Source: an uncultured delta proteobacterium
Lineage (GTDB): Bacteria; Myxococcota_A; Polyangia; Fen-1088
Assembly: GCA_963737265.1 (NCBI GenBank)
Contig: CAVTRY010000023.1
Location: 160,001 to 224,000 of the forward strand
Reading direction: 5' to 3'
DNA: 64,000 nucleotides
The notes beneath the pieces were generated by a model. It searched no databases, was not told the DNA's origin, and was given only the letters and a program-made list of their open reading frames with translations. Numbering within the stretch: the first letter of the stretch is position 1; each line of letters begins with the position of its first letter. Shown here piece after piece: positions 30,011 through 39,850 of this stretch. Position numbers and translations under genes: made by a program.

Positions 30011-30663
30011 AGAAGGTGCTGATCCTGGTCGAAGGCCAGACGGAGGAGACGGTCGTTCGCGACGTGCTGTCTCCCTATCTCAGCAGCCAAGACACTTATC
30101 TGGACCCCATCATTCTGAAGACCAAGCGGGAAAAGTGGGGGACTAGCTTCAAGGGCGGCGTCCGATCCTTCGACCAGGTTCGGCGGGACCTTCTGCCGCT
30201 CCTCGGCGACACCTCCGCGGCTGGGGTCACGACACTCATCGACTATTACGGTCTGCCGCAGGATTTTCCTGGAATGGATTCACGCCCTTTAGGCGACTTC
30301 CATGCCCGGGTCCAACACGTCGAGAGCGCATTTGCCAAGACCATCGACCATCCTCGCTTCATTCCCCACCTGACCCTGCACGAGTTGGAGGCGTGGGTGT
30401 TCGTTGCTCCGCAGAAATGCTCCTGGGTCTTCCCGCAAAAGGACATGCCTCGTAAGCTCGTGGAAATTCGTCAGGGTTCGGGTGGCGCCGAAAACATCAA
30501 CGAGAACCCGGAGACGGCGCCATCGAAACGCATTCTTCGGATTGCCGAGGACTACCAGAAGGCGTTGCATGGACCCATGGCAATCGGCGCGATAGGGATG
30601 GACGCAATTCGCAAGGCTTGTCCACACGCGGATGCCTGGCTAGGGCGCATCGAAGCCCTGTAG
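30007..30663 (+). CDS. DUF4276 family (TOPRIM-like) protein
   Basis: ILVEGQTEE, TTLIDYYGLP, HELEAW, ENIN...APSKR, YQK..HG, IRKACPH; ATGA overlap with the ATPase. Confidence 0.88.
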   Translation: MKKVLILVEGQTEETVVRDVLSPYLSSQDTYLDPIILKTKREKWGTSFKGGVRSFDQVRRDLLPLLGDTSAAGVTTLIDYYGLPQDFPGMDSRPLGDFHARVQHVESAFAKTIDHPRFIPHLTLHELEAWVFVAPQKCSWVFPQKDMPRKLVEIRQGSGGAENINENPETAPSKRILRIAEDYQKALHGPMAIGAIGMDAIRKACPHADAWLGRIEAL

Positions 30664-30699
30664 TCGAGTAGAGGAACTCGGTCATGGGGATGAATTCGT

Positions 30700-31130
30700 C
30701 GCCCAGCTTGGCATCACTGCTGTCCTGCACACCTGGACGAGAGAGATGCTCCTTCATCCTCGTGTCCACTGTATCGTCACCGGCGGCGGTCTTGCGCGCG
30801 ACCCGAGCCAGTGGGTACCGGCGCCGCACGACTTTCTATTTCCCGTCCATGTAGTGCGCGCTCTCTTTCGTGGCAAGTTCATGGCCGGCTTGCAAGAGCT
30901 GCTCAACAAAGGCGAGTTGCACGACGATGTACCGGACCGCGCTGCCCGTCGCCGCCGGCAGCGCCTGTACAAGACAAGCTGGGTCGTCTATGCCAAGCGG
31001 CCCTTCGGCGGCCCCGAGCAAGTGTTTCGCTATCTCGGCCGATACACCCATCGCGTGGCCATCAGCGACGCTCGCCTCGTGAGCGTGGACGACCAGACGG
31101 TCGTTTTCCGTACCCACGCGCCAACTCGCG
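30700..31130 (+). pseudogene. IS91-family (Y2) transposase fragment
   Basis: HTWTR..LLHPRVHCIVTGGG (degenerate HUH), WVVYAKRPFGGPEQV, YLGRYTHRVAIS (YxxxY). Confidence 0.88.
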
Positions 31131-31483
31131 CCCCGCCATGGAACGCTGGTACCGTATGACCGCCGGGACTAGTACGACCCCTCTCCGGTTTTCGTGATGT
31201 CGTGGCCACCCGTCTGTCCGCAGTCAACGCCCCGATCATCAACCCCCAGGCGCCGTGTGGGGTTTCTACACAACGAAGGGCACCGTGAAGTGCCTCCCTA
31301 AACTCAGCAATGGCCGGGCTTCCGCCTTTTCTGGCCACTCGGATCGGTCCAGGAACCTTCCTTCGCAATCCCGCAAAGTTGCCCCTTCACGTTGTTCATG
31401 TCTGCATGCAGCCGGCCTGTCCCGAGCCGAGACCCGCGACATCACCGCCCCGACGCGCTAGTGTTCGCGTCGGTGATTCCGCC

Positions 31484-33094
31484 ATGCCTTCCGGGCCCAA
31501 TCTCCACACTCCCATTGTTCCCACCGACCCGAGCCTTGCCGGCCACATCGTCGGCGGCTGCCGCCTGGTGGAGTTGCTCGGCGTGGGCGGCATGGGCGCG
31601 GTGTGGAGAGCGCAGCACCTGGCGCTGGACGTCCCGGTGGCCATCAAGCTCATGCTGCCGATCCAAGAAGTGGACCCGAATGCCGGCGAACGGCTGCTGC
31701 GCGAGGCGCGCGCGGCAGCGCGCTTGCGCCATCCCAATATCGTCGGCGTCCTCAACGTCGGCGAAGATGCCGGTCTGCCGTTCCTGGTCATGGAGCTGGT
31801 CGAGGGTCAGAGCTTGCAGATGCTGATCGACCACAGCGGCGCCCTGCCAGTCGGCGAGGCAGTTGGCTTCGCGCTGCAGATCCTGGGCGCTCTCGAGCTT
31901 ACCTTCGAGCACGGAATCGTCCACCGCGACGTCAAGCCGGACAACATCCTGATCGACAAGCGCGGCGTCGCCAAGCTGGCGGATTTGGGCCTGGCCAAAC
32001 AGGCAGGCACTGAAATGAGCCTGACCCGGACCGGCGCGGTCATGGGCAGCCCCTATTACATCGCGCCCGAGCAGGCCGCCAACTCGAAAGCGGCCGATCC
32101 GCGCGCCGACATCTACTCGCTTGGATGCGTTCTGTTTCACATGCTGGCGGGTACGCCGCCCTTCACCGGCGCCACTCATATCGAAGTGATTCTCAAGCAC
32201 ATTGGCGAGCCAATTCCGGATCTGTCGCTGGTCGACCGCGGTATCCCGAAAGGATTGGGCGCGGTCGTCGCCAGGATGATGGCCAAGTCACCCACGGATC
32301 GCTACGCGACCCCGACCGAGGCGCGCAGGGCGCTCGATGCGTTCGCGGCACAGGCACTGCCCGCCGCCATTTCGCCGAACGCCATTCGAGGCAAGACCCG
32401 CGCGCGGCGAGTCTTGTGGGCGCTGGGCGCGGCTTTGCTGTTGCTCGCTGCCACGCTCGCCGTTGTCGTTGCTCGCGGACCGAACGCGCCGAAGGTTTCC
32501 GCATCGCAGACGAATCAGCCAGATCGCGTGTCCGCGGTGTCTGCTTCGCATGAGCCGAGCGCGCCCGACGGAACAGCCCACGCGCAAAGCGTGGCCGCTG
32601 GCGGCACCGCCCGAGAGCCGAGCGCGCCCGCTCGACGGCGAAACCCGGCATCTCGCCGACCCAGCTACCCAGCGGCGGCGACGAATCCTGCGGGGTATGC
32701 GCCGCAAGAGTTGCCGTCGGCTTCCGGCGCCGGCACTCTCAGCGATGCGCTCGCGTCCCACGACACGAACCGACTGCGCCAATTGCTCGACCGCGGAACG
32801 CCGCCCAACGTAGGCGACGGCGCGACCTCTCCTTTGCATCAGGCGGTTCACATGGGGCAGCCGCACTACGTGCGGATGTTGCTCGAAAAGGGCGCCAACC
32901 CCAACACCCGCGACCAGTTCGGCGAAATGCCGCTGCACTATGCCCTTCGCCGCGGCGACCGCGCGACCGTCGGGATGTTGCTCGACTTCGGGGCCAACCC
33001 GAATGCCCGCGATCGCACCGGCCGCTCGCCGCTCGAAATCGCCGACGGGGATGACTATCTCGTCGCAAGACTTCGGGAAAAGGGCGCCAACTGA
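31484..33094 (+). CDS. Membrane Ser/Thr protein kinase with C-terminal ankyrin repeats
   Basis: GVGGMG, VAIK, HRDVKPDN, DLG, APE; TM helix; SPLHQAV...GANPNTRD...PLHYAL ankyrin repeats. Confidence 0.92.
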   Translation: MPSGPNLHTPIVPTDPSLAGHIVGGCRLVELLGVGGMGAVWRAQHLALDVPVAIKLMLPIQEVDPNAGERLLREARAAARLRHPNIVGVLNVGEDAGLPFLVMELVEGQSLQMLIDHSGALPVGEAVGFALQILGALELTFEHGIVHRDVKPDNILIDKRGVAKLADLGLAKQAGTEMSLTRTGAVMGSPYYIAPEQAANSKAADPRADIYSLGCVLFHMLAGTPPFTGATHIEVILKHIGEPIPDLSLVDRGIPKGLGAVVARMMAKSPTDRYATPTEARRALDAFAAQALPAAISPNAIRGKTRARRVLWALGAALLLLAATLAVVVARGPNAPKVSASQTNQPDRVSAVSASHEPSAPDGTAHAQSVAAGGTAREPSAPARRRNPASRRPSYPAAATNPAGYAPQELPSASGAGTLSDALASHDTNRLRQLLDRGTPPNVGDGATSPLHQAVHMGQPHYVRMLLEKGANPNTRDQFGEMPLHYALRRGDRATVGMLLDFGANPNARDRTGRSPLEIADGDDYLVARLREKGAN

Positions 33095-35481
33095 ACGGCA
33101 CGCACGCAAAGGCGACGCTTCCGCACTCGGCTCGGCCCCGCGGGTCGTTCGTTTGCGCGTTCGCCCTGATCGCGACAGCCAGCGCTTCCGCCCGCGCGGC
33201 GAGTCCCACGAGCGCGCTCGAAGGCATCGACCGCCTCGTCGCCGACGCCCTCGCACAAGGAAGGCTTCCCGGCTGCGTCGTCGTCATCGGGCGAAAGAGC
33301 GGCGTCGTGTACCAAAAGGCGTTCGGCTCGCGCGCGCTTTCGCCCGAAAACGAGCCGATGACCGAGGATACCCTCTTCGATCTGGCCTCGCTCACCAAGC
33401 CGGTCGCCACCGCCACATCGCTGATGGTGCTGGTCGACCAGGGCAAGGTCGATCTGGACGATCGGGCCGCGCACTACGTACCCGAGCTCGGAGCGCGTGG
33501 CAAAGAGGCCATCACCCTGCGCCAGCTTCTCACTCACGTGTCCGGGCTGCCGGCGGAAACCGCCGTGGACGACTACCAACATGGCCGCGCCGAGGCGGTC
33601 CGCCGCATCGCCGCGCTCCGACTCAAGGCACCGCCAGGCGCGAAGTTTATCTACTCCGACGTCGGCTTCCTCGTGCTCGAAGAAGTCATCCGCCGAGTTG
33701 CCCGCACCGATCTCGCCTCGTTCGCAGCCGACGCCATTTTCAAGCCGCTCGGTATGAGCGAGACCGGCTTCCTGCCGGCGGCGAAAGACCGGGCTCGCAT
33801 CGCGCCAACCGAACAACGAGGCGATCGATGGATGCGCGGTGAGGTGCACGACCCGCGAGCCTTTCGCCTGGGTGGCGTGGCCGGTCACGCGGGACTTTTC
33901 TCCTCGGCCAAGGATCTAGCAAGGTACGCCCGCATGGTGCTCGGTGCGGGGGCGCTCAACGGCGTTCGCGTGCTTTCGGCCGGGGCGACCGCAAGGATGC
34001 TGGCCCCGCACGACGTGCCGGGCGGCATTCGCGCCTTGGGCTGGGACATGCAAACCACCTACTCGGCGAACCGCGGGACTGCGCAGTCGCGGCGAGCGGT
34101 CGGACACGGCGGCTACACCGGCACGTCCTTGTGGATCGATCCGGAACAAGACCTGTTCGTGATCTTTCTCAGCAATCGCGTTCACCCGAACGGCAAGGGA
34201 TCGATCAACGGGCTCGCCGGCTCTATCGCGTCTCTCGCCGGTTCGGCGCTGGGGAAATTCTCACCCGCCGCAACCGATCCGGCTCTCGCCACCGGTCCGT
34301 TGGCGGTCGGGATCGATGCGCTCGTCGCTGAAGACTTCGCTCGCCTGCGGGGCGCGCGCGTGGCCCTGCTCACCAACGACAGTGCTCGGACCCGCGCCGG
34401 GGTTCGCACCACCGATGTGCTTGCCGCTCGCGGCGGTCTCGCGCTGGTAGCGCTGCTCAGCCCCGAGCACGGATTGCCGGCGAATCGCGACGAATTGATC
34501 GGCGATGGCATCGATGCCAAAACGCGACTGCCAGTCTTCAGCTTGTATGGCGGTTCGTCCCAAAGATGCTCGAACGAAAAACGCTCGAACGCGCCGGCGG
34601 CACCGCGCTCGGTAATGCTACCGCCCGATATCGACACCATCCTGGTCGATCTTCCCGACGTGGGGACGCGTTTCTTCACCTATGCCGGAACCCTGCACGC
34701 GACGATGAAAGCGGCCGCCTTACGCGGGCTTCGGGTCGTCGTCCTCGATCGGCCGAACCCCATCAACGGCGTCGACGTCGCAGGCCCCATGCTGAAACCA
34801 AGCGAGCAGTCCGCCGTGAACCACTTTCCCTTGCCGGTTCGCCACGGCATGACCATGGGCGAGCTCGCCGAGATGATGAACGCCGACGAACATCTCGGCC
34901 TGCACCTCGAAATCGTGCGCATGCCCCACTACGATCGAACCCTCTACTTCGATCAGACCGGACTGACCTGGTGGCCGCCCTCGCCCAACCTGCGCACCGT
35001 CGAGGAGGCGGTCCTCTATCCCGGCGTCGCACTACTGGAGGGAACCAATGTCTCGGTCGGCCGCGGCACCGAGACGCCCTTCGAAGTCGTGGGCGCACCC
35101 TGGATCGACGGCCGCCGTCTCGCCGATGAGCTTGCGGCCGCCGGCCTCGCCGGTGTCTCGTTTGAAGCCACTCGCTTCACGCCCAGCCCGACGCCCAAGG
35201 TGAACCGATTCGCGGGAATTCTTTGCCACGGAATTCGCCTGCGCGTGAGCGACCGTGCCGCCTTCGAACCGGTGCGATCCGGCATGGCGATCGCGATCGC
35301 CCTACGCCGGCTGTTTGGCGCCAATTGGGACGGCCAGCGCCTGCACAGGATGGTCGGCGACCCCGCGGTCGCCGCTGCGATCCTCAAGACCCGCCGCCTG
35401 TCCGAAATCGAGGCAACCTTCAAAGACGACCTCGCCGCCTTCCGCGCCAGGCGGATGAAATACCTCCTCTATCCGCCCTAG
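33091..35481 (+). CDS. namZ: Serine hydrolase (beta-lactamase family) fused to NamZ/DUF1343 exo-beta-N-acetylmuramidase
   Basis: FDLASLTK, LLTHVSGL, YSD, GHGGYTG; SPEHG, DVGTRFFTY, VLDRPNP, RHGMTMGE, PPSPN, SVGRGT; frame open upstream of 33307 with a signal-like segment, start uncertain. Confidence 0.88.
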   Translation: MNGTHAKATLPHSARPRGSFVCAFALIATASASARAASPTSALEGIDRLVADALAQGRLPGCVVVIGRKSGVVYQKAFGSRALSPENEPMTEDTLFDLASLTKPVATATSLMVLVDQGKVDLDDRAAHYVPELGARGKEAITLRQLLTHVSGLPAETAVDDYQHGRAEAVRRIAALRLKAPPGAKFIYSDVGFLVLEEVIRRVARTDLASFAADAIFKPLGMSETGFLPAAKDRARIAPTEQRGDRWMRGEVHDPRAFRLGGVAGHAGLFSSAKDLARYARMVLGAGALNGVRVLSAGATARMLAPHDVPGGIRALGWDMQTTYSANRGTAQSRRAVGHGGYTGTSLWIDPEQDLFVIFLSNRVHPNGKGSINGLAGSIASLAGSALGKFSPAATDPALATGPLAVGIDALVAEDFARLRGARVALLTNDSARTRAGVRTTDVLAARGGLALVALLSPEHGLPANRDELIGDGIDAKTRLPVFSLYGGSSQRCSNEKRSNAPAAPRSVMLPPDIDTILVDLPDVGTRFFTYAGTLHATMKAAALRGLRVVVLDRPNPINGVDVAGPMLKPSEQSAVNHFPLPVRHGMTMGELAEMMNADEHLGLHLEIVRMPHYDRTLYFDQTGLTWWPPSPNLRTVEEAVLYPGVALLEGTNVSVGRGTETPFEVVGAPWIDGRRLADELAAAGLAGVSFEATRFTPSPTPKVNRFAGILCHGIRLRVSDRAAFEPVRSGMAIAIALRRLFGANWDGQRLHRMVGDPAVAAAILKTRRLSEIEATFKDDLAAFRARRMKYLLYPP

Positions 35482-35589
35482 CGATTTCGGCGCACGGCCC
35501 TTGCGCGCCACCCGCGCCGCCCGAACTTCCGCAACTGCCTAAGCGCCGCCTTCTGATAGTATTCCCCGACTAGGACGGTTCCAAATAAC

Positions 35590-37104
35590 GTGATAGGGCA
35601 TAAAGTCAACAACTACGAGCTTCAGCGACTTCTGGGCGAGGGCGGCATGGGGGCGGTGTATCTGGCCGAGCATCCCCTGCTCGGCCGCAAGGCCGCGGTC
35701 AAGATTCTCAAGCGCGAGTTCGTGGCCAACCAGGATCTCGTTCAGCGCTTTCTCAACGAGGCGCGGGCGGCGAACGCGATTCACCACCCGAACATCATCG
35801 ACATCATCGACGTCGGCCTGCTGCCCGAGGGCGTTCCCTACATGATGATGGAATTTCTCGAAGGCGAAAGCCTCGCCTCGCGTCTGCAACGGGTGCGGCG
35901 CCTGCCGCTTGGCGAAGCCGTGAAGCATGCGCGCCAGACGGCTTCGGCCCTGGCTGCGGCGCATGCGCTCGGCATCGTTCATCGCGACCTCAAGCCGGAC
36001 AACCTTTTCGTCATTCCCGATGCGCAGAACCCGGGTCAAGAGCGCATCAAGGTCCTCGACTTCGGCATTGCGAAGCTGCGCCCCGAATTCGCACCGGGGA
36101 CGCCCAAGACGAGCGTGGGCTCGCTGATGGGGACGCCGGCCTATATGTCGCCCGAACAGTGCATGGGCAAGACGAGCGAGATCGATCACCGCTCGGACAT
36201 CTATGCGCTCGGAATCATCTTCTACGAAATGCTGTGCGGACAGCCGCCGTTTGCCGGACAGAACTTCGGCGAGCTGTTCCTCCAGCACGTCAACGGCGTG
36301 CCCCGACCGCCGCGATCGCTCGTGGCCGAGATTCCGGTCCATCTCGAAGCCGTGATTCTGAAGGCCCTGGAGAAGCAGCCGGGCGATCGCATTCAGACCA
36401 TGGACGACTTCATCGCCCTGCTCGCCGAGGGAGGTGGGGCACGCACCCTGCTCGCCGCCCCGCCGGTCGGGCGGACCGCGATTCTCGACGACGGTGCATT
36501 TCCGCCACGAGCCCATGCGGCGGTCAGGTCACCCCGCCGGCCGGCCACCCCGATCCCGACGCTGACAACGCTGTCGTCCGCGATTGGGCAAACGGAAGAG
36601 AGTGGCGATGCGCTGTCGACGGTGCGTCGCGGACGTCGCATTGCTGCCTTGGCAATCGGAGGCATCGCCATCTGTGCTTTGGGCGTGGGTGTGGGGCTGA
36701 AGTATTGGCAGCACCCTGCCGGGGAGGGCCTGCAATCCCCGGAGCGTCCAGGCGAAACTTCACAGCCAACCGCCGCGCCGGCCGAGCCGCTGCCGGCCTT
36801 CGTGCCGCCGCCTACCGAGCTGGCAGCTCCCAAAGCGCCGGAGATACCGTCGGCGGAGATCGCGCGAAAACACGAAGGGATCGGCGCCGCAGAGGACATC
36901 CCACCTGCGGACAAGAATCCCGTTGCCGGCGAACGGGCAAAGAGGCATGCGGGCGGGCGACCTCGAGGCCACGCGCAGCGAGAGGAAACGCACGAAACGT
37001 CGCCCAAACCCTCGCCGCCCATCGAGGCGCCTTTGCCCAGTGCCCCAACCCAGCCCACAAGTCCCGCCGCGGCACCTCGCATCATCAAGCGCGACAAGTT
37101 CTGA
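35590..37104 (+). CDS. Membrane Ser/Thr protein kinase
   Basis: GEGGMG, AAVK, HRDLKPDN, DFG, GTPAYMSPE; TM helix and Pro-rich tail. Confidence 0.93.
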   Translation: MIGHKVNNYELQRLLGEGGMGAVYLAEHPLLGRKAAVKILKREFVANQDLVQRFLNEARAANAIHHPNIIDIIDVGLLPEGVPYMMMEFLEGESLASRLQRVRRLPLGEAVKHARQTASALAAAHALGIVHRDLKPDNLFVIPDAQNPGQERIKVLDFGIAKLRPEFAPGTPKTSVGSLMGTPAYMSPEQCMGKTSEIDHRSDIYALGIIFYEMLCGQPPFAGQNFGELFLQHVNGVPRPPRSLVAEIPVHLEAVILKALEKQPGDRIQTMDDFIALLAEGGGARTLLAAPPVGRTAILDDGAFPPRAHAAVRSPRRPATPIPTLTTLSSAIGQTEESGDALSTVRRGRRIAALAIGGIAICALGVGVGLKYWQHPAGEGLQSPERPGETSQPTAAPAEPLPAFVPPPTELAAPKAPEIPSAEIARKHEGIGAAEDIPPADKNPVAGERAKRHAGGRPRGHAQREETHETSPKPSPPIEAPLPSAPTQPTSPAAAPRIIKRDKF

Positions 37105-37144
37105 TAGTGCCGTGAGAAAAGTAGCCTTGTTCCCGCGAGCGGAC

Positions 37145-37302
37145 TCAAGACGTGTCCATAAATGGACCCGTCTTGAAGATTTTTGAAGGGAGGGCCGCTG
37201 CCCTCCCCTCGTCCGCGAAGTAAATTCGCGGACTTCACCCCACCTGCAGCCGAGCCCTTGGCTCGGCTGCAGAAGAACTGTCCAATTTTTGGACAGTTCT
37301 TC
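37145..37302. repeat. Cluster of five adjacent inverted repeats (structured intergenic element)
   Basis: Hairpins at ~37145-37176, 37188-37207, 37211-37233, 37244-37272 (13-bp stem) and 37272-37302 (14-bp stem); TATAAT at 37311. Confidence 0.7.
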
Positions 37303-37366
37303 AGCTTGGATATAATCAGGTATTCAGCGGCTCGAACGATATCTTCTTAACTTTCGCAGCAGGCCA

Positions 37367-38365
37367 ATGGCTAGACAGCGTTCCAAGGTGCTCGTCGTGA
37401 ACGGGGACAGCGAGATTGCCCTCGCCCTTCACCGTGCCCTCTATCTCGGAAACGATCGCTTCGACGTGCTCGTCGCGGGCAGCGCCGAAGTAGCCCGCGA
37501 GATCGTTCGCGACGTGGGCATCGAGGTGCTGGTCACCGATTCCGACCTACCCGGTATGAGCGGCGTGGATCTCGTGTGCTGGGCCGCCATCGAATTCCCG
37601 GAGAGTTTTTTCGTCGTGATCACGGACGACGATGTCCCCGACCTACAAGACAAGATGCAAGGGCTTGGCTGTCTGCGCCTGGTGCGTAAACCCTGTCAGC
37701 CACAAGCCGTCCTCAAGATCGTCCGCGAAGCGCTCGATTGTCGTCATCGGCTCTCGGGATGCTTCTCGGCCCTGTCTGCCGCCGATCTGATTCAAATGCT
37801 TTGTTTGGCCCAACGAACCTCGTCGCTCCACATCAGCGCCCATGGGGTGCAAGGGACGGTCATGGTCAAGGAGGGAAAGCTGCTCCATGTAACGTGGGGC
37901 ACGTTGGTCGGGCAACGCGCCCTGCGCGAAATCATCGCGGCGGAAGACGGCGTGTTCCGCACGGCCCCCCTGCCGCCCGAGATCGAGCCAACCATCACCG
38001 GCGACTGGCAGCACGCCCTGATGGAGGCCGTGCGCGCGCTCGACGAACGCGCGCATGGATCGCTGCGCCAGTCGGGATCGTTTCCGGCTATCCGCGTGGA
38101 CGACTCGCTTTTCGACAACATGCTAAGCAGCACGCCCGCGCAGGAGGCGAAACACGTGCGCGCCCCGAACAGCCACGGCGACGGGCGCGCCATGCCCCGC
38201 TCGCCGGGCGCGGCATCGTCGCTCGTGGACAAGGGATTCGCGGCGTTGCGGGCGGGAAATATCGACGACGCACGCCAGTGCTGGCTCGCCGCCAAGCACC
38301 TCGATCCGGAAAACCGTTCGCTCGATTTGAACTTGAAAAAACTGGAAGGCAAGACTTCCCGCTAG
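37367..38365 (+). CDS. Receiver domain + DUF4388 (PATAN-like) protein with TPR-like tail
   Basis: VLVTDSDLPGMSG...VRKP receiver; LSGCFSALSAADLIQML...G.V....GKLLHV...G..AL..I....DGVF DUF4388 pattern. Confidence 0.85.
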   Translation: MARQRSKVLVVNGDSEIALALHRALYLGNDRFDVLVAGSAEVAREIVRDVGIEVLVTDSDLPGMSGVDLVCWAAIEFPESFFVVITDDDVPDLQDKMQGLGCLRLVRKPCQPQAVLKIVREALDCRHRLSGCFSALSAADLIQMLCLAQRTSSLHISAHGVQGTVMVKEGKLLHVTWGTLVGQRALREIIAAEDGVFRTAPLPPEIEPTITGDWQHALMEAVRALDERAHGSLRQSGSFPAIRVDDSLFDNMLSSTPAQEAKHVRAPNSHGDGRAMPRSPGAASSLVDKGFAALRAGNIDDARQCWLAAKHLDPENRSLDLNLKKLEGKTSR

Positions 38366-38418
38366 ACGCGGCAGCGATTGGTGGAAGTCGAGAGCGTAAA
38401 TCGCAATCGGAGGTCCGT

Positions 38419-38905
38419 ATGGGTCCTGGTGAAACAAGAGACGAATTGCAGGGTCTGCTGGTAGTCATGGCGTCGCTGTCGCACGGGCTGGAACAGATGC
38501 TGGGCCGTGGCGCGGATACCGTGACCTTTCGCGCGGGCAGGACGGTAGGGCTCAAGAGCTCGGTCAGCCGCCGGGAGGCGGACATCCTTCCCGCGTTGGC
38601 GATCGTCGGCGAAGAGCTCAAGGCCAAGGGCATCGTCTGGCCCTTCGAAGCCTGGAAGCCTGCCGCGGCGCCGAGCTTCGTCTACGAGAAAGGCGGCAAG
38701 CAGGCGGTCAAGTTGGTGTTCCGCAATTGCATGGTTCGCTGTTCGCTTTTCCGCTACGGCCACGAACAGAAACAGTCGCTGTGCATGATGAACCACGGAC
38801 TGTTCTGCGGGTACGTGCAAAAAATCACCGGCAAGCGCGCCGAGCTCGAACATCCTGCACGCAGGCGAAAACGCCTGCCTCAAAGAGCTCGTGTTGCAGG
38901 GCTAG
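38419..38905 (+). CDS. V4R-like domain protein (frameshift at ~38851)
   Basis: GGAGG RBS; LGRGA....FRAGR.VG, FRNCMVR, LCMMNHGLFCGY; removing one base gives ELEILHAGENACLKEL. Confidence 0.7.
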
Positions 38906-38914
38906 GAGAACACC

Positions 38915-39850
38915 ATGGCCAACAAGGTAACGGTTTCATTCGAATGGTTGTCCGGCTGCTCGGGCTGCGAGCTCAGCATCGTGGATCTGCACGAGCGCCT
39001 GCTCAAGGTGCTTGAGGAAATCGACATCGTCCGCCTGCCCATCTTGATGGACGTGAAGGGCTACCCGAAGGCAGCGCTGGGAATCGTCACGGGCGCGCTG
39101 CGCACCCACCACGACATCGAATGCGCGAAGAAGATGCGCGAAAGCTGTAACGCCATCCTGGCGTTCGGCACGTGCGGCGTGTACGGCGGTCCACAGGGAT
39201 CGGGCTACGCCCACACCCAGGCCGAGCTGGCCGAGACCGCATTCGTCAAGAACCCGACGACCAGCACCCACTTCGTGCCCGACAAAGACGTTCCGAAATT
39301 GCTGGAAGAAGGCGTCCTGCCCCTCGATGCGGCCATCCCGGTGGATTTGTACTTGCCCGGTTGCCCACCGCACGCGTTCTACGTCTTCGAGGCGCTGTCG
39401 GCGATTCTGCACCAGAGCCAACCCGACTTCGGCCGCCACAACGTGTGCTTCCACTGCGACCGCAAGATGAAACACACCGACGTGACGACACTGCGCCGGG
39501 TGCACGAAGGGAGCTACGAAAAGGACACCTGCTTCCTTTCGCAGGGAATCCTGTGCATGGGCAGTGCGACCCTGGATCGCTGCCGCGGCGCCTGCCCGAC
39601 GCGCGGCATGCCCTGCTCCGGCTGCACCGGGCCGTCCGAATCCATCGTCCTCGAACCCAACCGGGATATCCGCACCGAGATCGCCACGCGCATGTCCATG
39701 ATGACCAAGATTTCCAAGGCCGCTATCACCACCGAGATCGAAGCGCGTGCCAAGACCTACTACGCCTACGCCATGGCGTCGCCGGTCTTCCGGCAAAAAC
39801 CAACCTTCCTCCTCAGACGCTGGATCTCCCAGCAAGGAGCCGCCCGATGA
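38915..39850 (+). CDS. mvhG: [NiFe]-hydrogenase small subunit, MvhG-like (group 3), cytoplasmic
   Basis: WLSGCSGCE, AFGTC..YGG, YLPGCPP, VCFHC, CFLSQGILCMG.AT..RC...CP.RGMPCSGC; no Tat signal. Confidence 0.88.
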   Translation: MANKVTVSFEWLSGCSGCELSIVDLHERLLKVLEEIDIVRLPILMDVKGYPKAALGIVTGALRTHHDIECAKKMRESCNAILAFGTCGVYGGPQGSGYAHTQAELAETAFVKNPTTSTHFVPDKDVPKLLEEGVLPLDAAIPVDLYLPGCPPHAFYVFEALSAILHQSQPDFGRHNVCFHCDRKMKHTDVTTLRRVHEGSYEKDTCFLSQGILCMGSATLDRCRGACPTRGMPCSGCTGPSESIVLEPNRDIRTEIATRMSMMTKISKAAITTEIEARAKTYYAYAMASPVFRQKPTFLLRRWISQQGAAR

